From the NCBI GenBank assembly GCA_003973385.1, contig QNYK01000010.1, positions 4,519 through 68,518 on the forward strand: DNA of 64,000 nucleotides, given 5' to 3'. The notes below the pieces were generated by a model. That model was not told the DNA's origin, did not search any database, and was given only the letters and a program-made list of their open reading frames with translations. This DNA is from Bacillota bacterium. GTDB lineage: Bacteria; Planctomycetota; UBA8108; UBA1146. Both the position numbers and the translations under genes were made by a program. How positions within the stretch are numbered: position 1 is the first letter of the stretch; every line of letters begins with the position of its first letter. This document shows, in pieces, positions 32,614 to 41,103 of this stretch.

Positions 32614-32841
32614 ATGAGTCCGAACTCCAAACGTCGTACCATTCGTACATTTGCCATGCTTCTTTGTCTGAGTCTGGCACTTGCGATGTCTGGCTGCGCC
32701 ACTGGACCCAAGAGCACCGTTGCATCGAGCCTCTACTGGAAGCGCGTCTTCCGTCAGATGGGCAATGATCTTCGTGCGGCTCGCACCGACATCGATCGCA
32801 TCGTCTGGGATCTCGACGACCGTCCCATCGAGCAGTACTAG
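32614..32841 (+). CDS. Small lipoprotein (75 aa)
   Basis: MSPNSKRRTIRTFAMLLCLSLALAMSGC lipobox, preceded by GAGGGAGGGG. It lies in the lysS-miaA intergenic region. Confidence 0.5.
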   Translation: MSPNSKRRTIRTFAMLLCLSLALAMSGCATGPKSTVASSLYWKRVFRQMGNDLRAARTDIDRIVWDLDDRPIEQY

Positions 32842-32966
32842 TCTCGAACATTTCGTCGGTCAGTCCTCGTACCAAGGGGGAAGGTCCATCCGGGTCCGGC
32901 TGCCAACGGCGGTCGGACCTGCTTTTCATCCGGTTCAGATCTTGCTTGATCGAGGTTGTTCTGTGA

Positions 32967-33950
32967 TCAGAGCTGCTGCTGAAGTGCCAGTCTCGAATCC
33001 TCTGCATCAGCGATCGCGTCTCCAGCGACGACCGCCGCGTGCGCCTTCCGAACTCGATCGAGTGCAAGGTGCTGCTGGTCGGGAGAATACCATTCGATCG
33101 GCAGTTTGCGTGCCCACGCCAGTTGCGAACGAACCAGCGCTCGAGTTCGGGCCTGGATCGTCTCGATCTGATCGGCAGGGTCGGTCCCGTCGACCAGCGC
33201 CTGCGAAATCTGCTGGTAGCCGATCGACTGTCTGGCCGTGACACTCCAGGGAGGATCGTGATCCGCGAGAAGTTGTTTCACTTCATCCACCCAACCCGCC
33301 TCGAACATTCGCAGCACCCGATCCTCGATCCTCTGGTGCATCTCATCGCGCGGCCGAAAAACACCGAGCAACACGGTGCGCCGGGGATCGAGGATCGGAA
33401 CTCTTCTTCGATGCCAGAGTGTGATGGGCTCGCCACTGATCTCGAACACCTCCAGGGCTCGGATGATGCGCTTGGCGTTATTTGGATGAATTTCCGCTGC
33501 TGCGCGCGGATCGACCTTCGCCAGGCGACGATGAAGCGCTCCCTCTGGCAACTCGCTGGCGAGTGCGGAGAGTCGCTGACGAATTTGCGGATCGGCACCC
33601 GGTCCGGCGAAGATCCCCTCCAGCAGGGCATGGAGGTAGAAACTGGTGCCGCCACTCAGAAGCCAAGGTTGACGGGAGGATGTCGACTCGGAGAGCGCTG
33701 CGAGCCAGTCGACCACCGTGAACTCCTGCCATGGATCGACGAGATCGACCAGCGAGAACGGATTTCCTCGTCGGAGTTCTGGTGCCGGCTTGGCGGTCCC
33801 GATGCTCATCTGGCGATAGACCTTCATCGAATCCATCACCTGAATGGGCCAGTCCATCTGCTCGGCGATCCTGGTCGCCAGCTGGGATTTCCCACCGCAG
33901 GTTGGTCCTGCGATGACCACCGCCAGTGGCGGCGCAGCAATTGATGTCAT
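32967..33950 (-). CDS. miaA: tRNA dimethylallyltransferase
   Basis: P-loop VIAGPTCGGKSQLATRIA and the MiaA body. Confidence 0.85.
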   Translation of the reverse strand: MTSIAAPPLAVVIAGPTCGGKSQLATRIAEQMDWPIQVMDSMKVYRQMSIGTAKPAPELRRGNPFSLVDLVDPWQEFTVVDWLAALSESTSSRQPWLLSGGTSFYLHALLEGIFAGPGADPQIRQRLSALASELPEGALHRRLAKVDPRAAAEIHPNNAKRIIRALEVFEISGEPITLWHRRRVPILDPRRTVLLGVFRPRDEMHQRIEDRVLRMFEAGWVDEVKQLLADHDPPWSVTARQSIGYQQISQALVDGTDPADQIETIQARTRALVRSQLAWARKLPIEWYSPDQQHLALDRVRKAHAAVVAGDAIADAEDSRLALQQQL

Positions 33951-33952
33951 CT

Positions 33953-34714
33953 CTACTCCAGGTAACGCACTTCCATCTCACCGTCCTCGATGAAGAGGTG
34001 AGCACCTCGGTCCTCAAACGCTTCCAGAACCGTGAAGGTACCGGCTCCCTCCGACTGATCCAGTTTCTCCTCGAAGGGTCGATGGTAGTGACCGCAGACG
34101 ACTCTATCGAAACCATCCTTCAGCAGGTCTCCGACAACTCTCCGGTCCGGCTCCATCAGAATCTGTGCCTTTCCCTCCAGAGATCGTCTTGAACTACGCC
34201 GTAGAATACGGGCCAACCCCTTGCACATGAACATCGGCAGGTGTCTGACCACGAACCGGAACAAGTTACTTCGGAGAACCGTGCGCAAGCGCTGGTAGCC
34301 GCGGTCTGCAGTTCCAAATAGATCGCCGTGAGAAAGGTGCCACCTCTGGCCGCCTGTCTCCAGCAACAGATGATCTCCACCGACCGCCACGCCTGTAGCC
34401 CGTTCGAAACTTGAATCGAGAAGAAAATCGCGATTGCCAGGAATCACCACCACATCGATTTCTGATTCGCAGGCGTGACGTAGCGCGTCGAGTTCACGAC
34501 GAGTCTGGGACAGGGAGATCTGGCCAGGGCCGAGCCAGACATCGAACAGATCGCCGAGCAGATAGCAGTCGGCGCCATTCTCCTGGCAACTGCGAAGCAA
34601 CTCCTCCAGCATCGCAAGCCGGCGAGCAGATCCATCGCAGTGCAGGTCGGCGGCTATGATGCACCGTTGCGATGTCGATACGCTCCCCACATCAGCAGTG
34701 CCTGGCTGGCTCAT
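33953..34714 (-). CDS. LpxH-like calcineurin-type metallophosphoesterase (UDP-2,3-diacylglucosamine diphosphatase-like)
   Basis: IAADLHCDGS and CYLLGDLFDVWLGPG match the LpxH motifs (ISDLHL / LYILGDLFEAWIGDD). It forms an ATGA overlap with the upstream ATPase gene. Confidence 0.6.
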   Translation of the reverse strand: MSQPGTADVGSVSTSQRCIIAADLHCDGSARRLAMLEELLRSCQENGADCYLLGDLFDVWLGPGQISLSQTRRELDALRHACESEIDVVVIPGNRDFLLDSSFERATGVAVGGDHLLLETGGQRWHLSHGDLFGTADRGYQRLRTVLRSNLFRFVVRHLPMFMCKGLARILRRSSRRSLEGKAQILMEPDRRVVGDLLKDGFDRVVCGHYHRPFEEKLDQSEGAGTFTVLEAFEDRGAHLFIEDGEMEVRYLE

Positions 34715-37488
34715 GCTTCCGGAATCGTCCAGTCGTCCGGATCGAAATGGGTTTCGGAGGACTTCTTCTCGCGCGGGGGAACAGATTTTTCAGATCGCTC
34801 CCTCTCTGCGGGCCGCTCCTTGACTGCCGGTGGGCGAGGTCTGGACTCTTCCTTCTGCGGTGGCGGGGAAGGTCTCGACTCTTCCTTCTGCGGTGGCGGG
34901 GAAGGTCTCGACTCTTCCTTCTGCCGTGGCGGGCGAGGTCTGGATTCTTCCTGCTGCCGTGGCGGGCGAGGTCTGGACTCTTCCTTCTGCCGTGGCGGTC
35001 GAGGTCTGGACTCTTCCTTTTGCCGTGGCGGGGACTCTGGAGGTTGCGGTCGCGGCGCCTTGCTCTTGACCGGCGGCGTCGGCTGATGCGGTGCTGGCGC
35101 CTGTGATCTGCGCCGCTCCGGTGACTCAGATCTGCGAGCTTCCTGCCGTCGCGGACGGCGTGGAGACGGAGCCGGCCCATCTTTTTTCGGGGATTTTCGA
35201 AGCGGAGGTGACAACTCCTGAGAAGGCTCACGACTGGGTGCCGAGACCTCGGGCAACGACATGTCCTCGAGGTCGATCTCGAGACGATCCGCATCCTGAT
35301 CGGTCTCTATCAACAGATCAAAACATTTGCGAGCAGCCGGGTCGAGGTCAGGATGCGTAACGATCACCTGCGAAAGTTCCCGGCTCAATCGAGGTAGCGC
35401 TTGCAGGGTGCGCAACACCCTCCCCCGATCCATGGCAGGGAATGGTTCGTCGAGGAACAGGAACTGAGGAGCTCCCGTGACGGCCCTGACAAAGGCCTGA
35501 GCGAAGGCGAGGCGAAAACCGAAGGACAATCCCTGCAAGGTTCCACCCGACAACTCATGCGTCTGAAGAAAATCACTCTTCTCTCCCGTGAAGAGGCGAA
35601 TCTCGAAGTCCGGGGTCACCTGCGCATCCCGATAGCGACCACCGGTCAGATGCGGAAGCAGGCGACAGAGCCCTTTTCCGAGACTGGGGCCGGCACGCAT
35701 TCGCACCGACTCGATGGTTTCATCGAGCAGTTCCAGTAGTAGTCGGTGAATATCCATCTCGTCGCGGATCGCCAGGGACTTCTTTCGCCGACCATCGGAA
35801 ACTTCCTCGAGAGCTCTGCGACGGCCCTCCTGATTCTGGTACTCACGAATCTCGGACTGGATACGTTCCCGCTTGGAGCGAAGTCGCTTGACCGAATCCT
35901 TGGCCTCATCGAGCGATTTTCGGCGTTCTTTCATCGTCTGGCGAACACGGTCGAGCGGGCTCTTCAACTTCTGGGCCAGGAAGTCACCGGGCTTGTCGCC
36001 CAGTTTCGTGTGAATCTCCCGTCGAGCCTTTCGTAGCGCCTCCAGTTTCTCCTGGACGCCACGAACTCGACATTCTCCGATGTCGTCACCAGGATCGAGT
36101 CCCCCCGAGGAGCGAGACAGGTGGGCGATCGTCGCTTCCAGAGAACTGGTCCCGACATCCTTCTCCATCTGCAGTCTCGACAGGATTCCCTCGGCATCGA
36201 AGATCTGCTGTCGACAGTGCGAGGCGCGTGACGAAAGCCAGCAGCCGAGCCCGAATAACAACGCTCCAGAGGCTGCAACCAGGTATCCGACTCCCGGTAC
36301 CGGAGAAATCCGCACCAGCAGCGGAATTTGCTCTCCGATTCCCCAGCCCTGTTCGTGATCGATTCCCAGCACGATGCCCGCCAGCCCGACCAGGAAGATC
36401 ACCAGTGCGCCGGCTCGGTTTCTCACCCTGGACGCGCTGATGGTATGGATGATCAGTTCCTGTTCACTCACCTCCGATTGAATCGAGCCCTCGCCGTCGC
36501 TCTCGATGCGTCGCTTCAACTGTTCCTTCGCCTCCCGCGCACTCTCTTCGAGAGAGAGGCGGATCTTGCACGCCTGGGAGACCTGATCGAGACCGTCTTG
36601 AATAGGCGTGGTGATGGAATCCTGGTCACGCAACGGCTCGGGGCTCAGATCCGCCTGGAGCAATCCAATCAGTCCATTGCATGTACGCATCGCTTCGGCA
36701 GCGTCGCTGGAATCGATCGACCGAAGTTCATGCTGAATCTTCTGCACCTCGTCACGCTTCTTCTGCTCAAGTTCCACCTGACGCTGCATCTGGCGATCGC
36801 GCGACCGCGCCTCATCGACCTTGTTGTCCCGATTCTTCAGTTCTTCCTCGAGGTCCGGAATCTTATCGATATTGGGCTGAAGCCGAGCGATGTGCAGGTC
36901 GTTGCGCTGGATCTCTTCCTGTACCCCGGTGAAATCGATCTCCAGGGCATCGAGTGCCTTATTCGCGGTTCGTCTCGCCCCTTGCAACACATCGATTCCG
37001 GCCACCCTGTCCAGGAATGTGCGGAACTGTTCCGGGGTCGTCACCGACTCCCGCTCGGCGAGATAGAAGGAGTGCATCGTTTCGCTTGCGCCGAGGTGGA
37101 AGCGCCTCTGAACCTCACGTTGCACCTGCAATGCCCCGGATGCGATCTCCTCCCCGGGTGGTGCGCCTGACTTCTCGATTCGAACCATCCGTGCGAAGGA
37201 GGTGCCGAACCGGTCCATCTCGCGCCAGATTCGATATCCCTCACCGGCGTGTTCAAAATCGAGTTCCACGACGCAGTGGTCATCATCCCAGTGGATCAGA
37301 TCGGTGATGGAACCACGCACCATGTGCTGGGTGGATCCAAACAGGGCGAACTGGAACAGCTGGCCGATACTCGACTTGCCACTCTCATTGGGCCCGACGA
37401 TGCCGATCAGGGCCCGGCGCGGAAAGTTCTCGATGCGGAGTTTCCTGAACTTCAGAAATCCCTCGGCTCGGAGGCTACGGATCAGCAA
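34711..37488 (-). CDS. SMC/SbcC/RecF-like ABC ATPase (925 aa) with long coiled coils, a central two-TM hairpin and a C-terminal Pro/Glu/Lys-rich 11-aa tandem-repeat tail
   Basis: Walker A GPNESGKSS, signature plus Walker B LSGGTLQGLSFGFRLAF...FLFLDEPFPAMD, and an H-loop VIVTHP. The central hydrophobic segments are LVIFLVGLAGIVLGI and YLVAASGALLFGLGCWL. The tail is (SRPRPPRQKEE)x6. Confidence 0.7.
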   Translation of the reverse strand: MLIRSLRAEGFLKFRKLRIENFPRRALIGIVGPNESGKSSIGQLFQFALFGSTQHMVRGSITDLIHWDDDHCVVELDFEHAGEGYRIWREMDRFGTSFARMVRIEKSGAPPGEEIASGALQVQREVQRRFHLGASETMHSFYLAERESVTTPEQFRTFLDRVAGIDVLQGARRTANKALDALEIDFTGVQEEIQRNDLHIARLQPNIDKIPDLEEELKNRDNKVDEARSRDRQMQRQVELEQKKRDEVQKIQHELRSIDSSDAAEAMRTCNGLIGLLQADLSPEPLRDQDSITTPIQDGLDQVSQACKIRLSLEESAREAKEQLKRRIESDGEGSIQSEVSEQELIIHTISASRVRNRAGALVIFLVGLAGIVLGIDHEQGWGIGEQIPLLVRISPVPGVGYLVAASGALLFGLGCWLSSRASHCRQQIFDAEGILSRLQMEKDVGTSSLEATIAHLSRSSGGLDPGDDIGECRVRGVQEKLEALRKARREIHTKLGDKPGDFLAQKLKSPLDRVRQTMKERRKSLDEAKDSVKRLRSKRERIQSEIREYQNQEGRRRALEEVSDGRRKKSLAIRDEMDIHRLLLELLDETIESVRMRAGPSLGKGLCRLLPHLTGGRYRDAQVTPDFEIRLFTGEKSDFLQTHELSGGTLQGLSFGFRLAFAQAFVRAVTGAPQFLFLDEPFPAMDRGRVLRTLQALPRLSRELSQVIVTHPDLDPAARKCFDLLIETDQDADRLEIDLEDMSLPEVSAPSREPSQELSPPLRKSPKKDGPAPSPRRPRRQEARRSESPERRRSQAPAPHQPTPPVKSKAPRPQPPESPPRQKEESRPRPPRQKEESRPRPPRQQEESRPRPPRQKEESRPSPPPQKEESRPSPPPQKEESRPRPPAVKERPAERERSEKSVPPREKKSSETHFDPDDWTIPEA
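34838..35035. repeat. 33-bp tandem repeat x6 (GGTCTGGACTCTTCCTTCTGCSGTGGCGGSSAA), in frame in the ATPase C-terminus
   Basis: Read directly. Copies start at 34838, 34871, 34904, 34937, 34970 and 35003 with few substitutions. Confidence 0.85.
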
Positions 37489-37742
37489 GGGTCCCCCCCT
37501 TGCGGGCTGCCCTGTTCGAACTTTTCATCGGAGATGAACTGCTCGCCGAGACGACGAGCCATCTCATACTTGCGCAGACTCTCTGCATCCACCTTGCCCT
37601 CGAAGGCGCGTTTCTTCATCTCGAAGAGGCGACGGAACTCCTCCAGGGGCGGCCGGATGGCTAAACCATCGAGGAGCCAACCGTCCTCATCGGACTCTGG
37701 CGAGGGAGCACTGTTGTCTCCGCCTTGGCGGTCTCTGTTCAT
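37482..37742 (-). CDS. Small (86 aa) acidic hypothetical protein overlapping the start of the SMC-like ATPase
   Basis: Its ORF end overlaps the ATPase start by 7 nt (coupling). It has no recognisable motifs. Confidence 0.4.
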   Translation of the reverse strand: MNRDRQGGDNSAPSPESDEDGWLLDGLAIRPPLEEFRRLFEMKKRAFEGKVDAESLRKYEMARRLGEQFISDEKFEQGSPQGGDPC

Positions 37743-37827
37743 GTTGACTCGATCCAGCCCGGGTCATCGATCCAGCGGCAACCGGGCCTCATGATTGTGA
37801 AGCCCACGGGATCGCTTTCAAGTTGCT

Positions 37828-38391
37828 TCAAGAAACGATCGCGGCGCGAAAGGCACGATGGACCGGGTCATCTGAGCCGATGCCTATCGCCTGGATCTGG
37901 CCCAACCGCACTCCATCTGCTTCATGGGCCAGATCGATTCGCAGGCACCGATCCGGCAGGATCGCCTCGACACGATCAGCCCATTCGACCGCGATCACCC
38001 CCTCCTGGTGCCACTCGTGCCAGCCGTGCAGTTCCAGTTCGGTCGGATCGTCGAGACGATAGGCATCGACATGGATCAATGGCAGTACTCCAGGATGCAG
38101 GGACGCGACGGTGAATGTGGGACTGCGTACCCTGCCCTCGACACCCATTCCTCGGGCCAGTCCACGGACCAGTGCGGTTTTTCCAGCGCCCAGTTCACCG
38201 CACAGACCGATCACAAGACCCGCCATCGCGGCGGCCCCGATGCGCTCCCCCAGGGCTTCCGTTTCGTCCACGGAGGCCAGTTTCAGGGCAGCAGAGGTCG
38301 GTTTCGATCCTGACACTTCGGTACACCTTTCCGAACAGGCGAGCCTATCGGGCACCTTGAAGGGGTACAACCCTGCTGGCGATGGGACCAT
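37828..38391 (-). CDS. tsaE: tRNA threonylcarbamoyladenosine biosynthesis protein TsaE (YjeE ATPase)
   Basis: P-loop LCGELGAGKTALVRGLA and the YjeE core ...SPTFTVASLHPG...HVDAYRL. The start is probably internal to the track ORF. Confidence 0.75.
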   Translation of the reverse strand: MVPSPAGLYPFKVPDRLACSERCTEVSGSKPTSAALKLASVDETEALGERIGAAAMAGLVIGLCGELGAGKTALVRGLARGMGVEGRVRSPTFTVASLHPGVLPLIHVDAYRLDDPTELELHGWHEWHQEGVIAVEWADRVEAILPDRCLRIDLAHEADGVRLGQIQAIGIGSDDPVHRAFRAAIVS

Positions 38392-38476
38392 CTAGACGCA
38401 AAGATGGAGTACACGGTGCCGGTCTGACCACTCCCCGCCAGATCCAGGGCACCTTCTGAAAGTTCAGGTATCAAAA

Positions 38477-40561
38477 TTGAGACGCCCACTGCCGATCCTG
38501 GTCACACTTCTGCTGCTGTCGCTGACGCTCTTCGGCGCAGATCCCAAGGAATTTGAACTGCCCGGCCCTCCAGCCGCGGGGCCAGGTCGCATTCCCCATC
38601 ACCACGGCGCCATCGAATCTCTCTCCGGCATCTCCGAACTCTCCAGAGAGAACCGTTCATCGGCAGCCATGTTGTTGCGGAAGTGGCTCGAAACACGCGA
38701 TGGGCTGCTGGTGCTGCCCCCCGCGGGAGTATCGGTGGGCAGCCGCGGAACCGTCCGCATCGAGCCCGCTCATCGACAGTTGGCGCGCTTCGCCAGGTCG
38801 CTCCCCGATGGGTTCCTCGACCTCGCCCTGGAACGGTTGGCCCCGATCCCCATCGATGGAGTCCACCCATGGGTATGGCATCCGGAACAACTTCCGCAGG
38901 CCAACCACGCCTTGCACGAGGCACTCGAGCGCGCCGATCGAGCAGCGGCCTGGGCACTGCTGGAGCGACCGGGGATCGCGGTCGGGATCGATCCCGAATT
39001 ACTCCGATGGCTCGATGGCCAGGAATTGCCTCGTGGGCCGTGGCACCGGAGCGATGGCCCCCTCACCGAGGAGCCAGAACAAACAGCGGGAGGCTCGGTC
39101 GAGGGAGCGTTGACGATCCCGATGCCCAGGACCGGACCCGAACGAAAGAGAAGAATCAATTCCAGGGTCCAGCTGACCCGGCGCCATCCGCTGTCTGATC
39201 TGTTTCCGCTGATCGGCGATCGGATGGCGTTGCTCGGTAACGGCGACAGGGTCATCGCCATCGACATCGATGATCCGACGCTGGAAGCGTGGCAATGGTC
39301 GATCCATCGACCCGAGATCGATCACGCCAGCAAGGCCCCCGAGAGGCCATTGCCTCTGATCAGTGTTCCCGAGATCCCCGTCAGTAGCGGTGACCGGTGC
39401 GTATTCTTGCTCCGAACACCGCGCAAATACCACCGCCCATCGACCAATCTCATCATGGAAAGCGGACCCTGGAAGGACAAGGGATGGCTGGAAGCGGTGG
39501 TTCTCGAGATCCCCGATCCGACCAGACCGCCGGTTTCCTCCTGGGTTGCGCCCATCGCAACCGAGGGCTTCACCGCCTGCCCGACTCCGTTGATCGAAGG
39601 CGACCGGATGTGGCTGCTGGCCACTCGCGGTTGGGCCCAGCTGGAGACATGGGTGTTCGCGTTTGACCTGGCCGCTGGCAAGGAGTTGTGGCGTCGCCAG
39701 GTCGAGGTGCGGGATCTGGAAGCCCACGCACTCAATGACCTGCGCGACAAGATACTGCACGCGTCGCTGGTGCGAGATGGGGACGATCTGCTCGTGTGTC
39801 GCTCCGGCGGTGCCATCGATAGCCTGTCAGCGATCACCGGGGAGCATCAGGCAGCTCTGTACCTACCACGATGGCGGTTCGAGGAATTACCGAGTCTCAG
39901 CGACATCCGCTGGGGTCACTACCGGTTCCTCGCTTATCCAGGACTGAGACCACGATCGATGGCACCGATCCAGCGGCCCGCCGATGCCGAAACCCCGTGG
40001 CTGTTACTTCCTCCCGATGGCCGCCTGCTGATCGCACTCGACAAGGAGTCGTGGCAGATCCGCTGGAGTTATCCGACCAGCCGCCAGATGTCGCTGCTGG
40101 GCATCGTCGATGGTGTCGCCTGGCTGGTAGATCTGGCGACACCTCCGGGAACCCGGAATGTTCAGCTGGTGGGTCTGGATCCGCGCAGCGGCAGCATCGT
40201 GGCGGGACCCTGGACCATTCCACTGGAGACGGAGGATGATTCCGAGGGGAGCGCTGAATACCAGCGACACGCACCGTTGCTCAGAGGGCAACCGAGGATT
40301 TTTCCCGGACGCATCTGGTTCCCTGCAGCAAGGGGAATCGAGGTCGTATCGCTGGAGGACGGCAGCCGGATCGGCCTGCTTCCCTGGCCTGAAGGATCCA
40401 GAGGTGGCACTCCGCTACCGCTTCCAGGGGGCGAACTGTTGCTGGCTCGACGCGCAGATAGCGCACTTCCCTCCAGCAGCGTGATCGAGGTGATCCGGCC
40501 CACCGCAACAGATGAGATCAAGAAACCTGAACCGCAACAACCTGAACCGCAAAAAGATTAG
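38477..40561 (+). CDS. Secreted hypothetical protein (694 aa), probable beta-propeller (PQQ/BamB-like WxxQ repeats), C-terminal PEPQ repeats
   Basis: Signal peptide MRRPLPILVTLLLLSLTLFGA, with repeated W..(R/E) strands and a C-terminal KKPEPQQPEPQKD. Confidence 0.5.
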   Translation: MRRPLPILVTLLLLSLTLFGADPKEFELPGPPAAGPGRIPHHHGAIESLSGISELSRENRSSAAMLLRKWLETRDGLLVLPPAGVSVGSRGTVRIEPAHRQLARFARSLPDGFLDLALERLAPIPIDGVHPWVWHPEQLPQANHALHEALERADRAAAWALLERPGIAVGIDPELLRWLDGQELPRGPWHRSDGPLTEEPEQTAGGSVEGALTIPMPRTGPERKRRINSRVQLTRRHPLSDLFPLIGDRMALLGNGDRVIAIDIDDPTLEAWQWSIHRPEIDHASKAPERPLPLISVPEIPVSSGDRCVFLLRTPRKYHRPSTNLIMESGPWKDKGWLEAVVLEIPDPTRPPVSSWVAPIATEGFTACPTPLIEGDRMWLLATRGWAQLETWVFAFDLAAGKELWRRQVEVRDLEAHALNDLRDKILHASLVRDGDDLLVCRSGGAIDSLSAITGEHQAALYLPRWRFEELPSLSDIRWGHYRFLAYPGLRPRSMAPIQRPADAETPWLLLPPDGRLLIALDKESWQIRWSYPTSRQMSLLGIVDGVAWLVDLATPPGTRNVQLVGLDPRSGSIVAGPWTIPLETEDDSEGSAEYQRHAPLLRGQPRIFPGRIWFPAARGIEVVSLEDGSRIGLLPWPEGSRGGTPLPLPGGELLLARRADSALPSSSVIEVIRPTATDEIKKPEPQQPEPQKD

Positions 40562-40980
40562 GCCGCGTCTTCTGGCTCAGAGCTGATGGTTGAACTCCGA
40601 AATTCGATCTCCACACGAGGTGCCCTCGCCCATAGATTTTCCAGATCATAGTACTCGCGTGCCTCTTGCTCGAAGAGATGCAACACGATCTCACCGTGAT
40701 CGAGACAGAACCAGCGCGCATCATCGCGACCGTGAAAGCCGAGTCTGGGCAGATGCATCGGTTTCAGGAATCGCTCGGCAGAGTCCCCCATCATACGAAC
40801 CTGCCGAGAAGATCGGCCCGACGCGAGGATGAAAAATGAGGAGATATGAATCATCTCCCTGACTCGAAGAACCACGATTCTGTCCGCCTTCAGTTCGTCG
40901 AGATGGCGCGCAACATCTATGGCGAGTTGTTCCAGTTCTTCAATGCCCCGATTCGGGACCTGATCAGCAAAATAGTCCAT
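40558..40980 (-). CDS. rsfS: Ribosomal silencing factor RsfS (Iojap)
   Basis: Iojap core DELKADRIVVLRVREMIHISSFFILASGRSSRQVRMM...HLFEQEAREYYDLENLW. The ATG is at 40980. Confidence 0.8.
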   Translation of the reverse strand: MDYFADQVPNRGIEELEQLAIDVARHLDELKADRIVVLRVREMIHISSFFILASGRSSRQVRMMGDSAERFLKPMHLPRLGFHGRDDARWFCLDHGEIVLHLFEQEAREYYDLENLWARAPRVEIEFRSSTISSEPEDAA

Positions 40981-41103
40981 TCCGTACCTTTCGATCCGAT
41001 CGAGGGTAGCAGTCTTCTGGCGGGCTACAAGACAAGATGAAGAGAGGCCGCCCACCGGAAACCGGCGGGCGGCCCCTCGAGGATGGATCGTTGTCAGCGC
41101 TGC

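Noticed and set aside
34838-35035. Possible CRISPR array
   Set aside because: The units are contiguous with no spacers, in frame inside a CDS, and 33 bp each with coding periodicity. It is a protein tandem repeat, not CRISPR.
34640-35106. Two plus-strand ORFs (148 and 144 aa) over the 33-bp repeat array
   Set aside because: They are generated by the repeat itself on the non-coding strand (poly GRGLDSSFC and LLPWR). The minus-strand frame is continuous with an ATPase that has full Walker/signature motifs.
33953-37488. Calling the ATPase plus phosphoesterase pair SbcCD or a Lamassu (LmuABC) defence system
   Set aside because: The gene order is wrong (SbcD precedes SbcC). The phosphoesterase motifs fit LpxH better than Mre11/SbcD. 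The ATPase has a membrane hairpin rather than a zinc hook. The locus is embedded in tightly overlapped housekeeping genes (tsaE, miaA) rather than a defence island. It is kept only as an open hypothesis.
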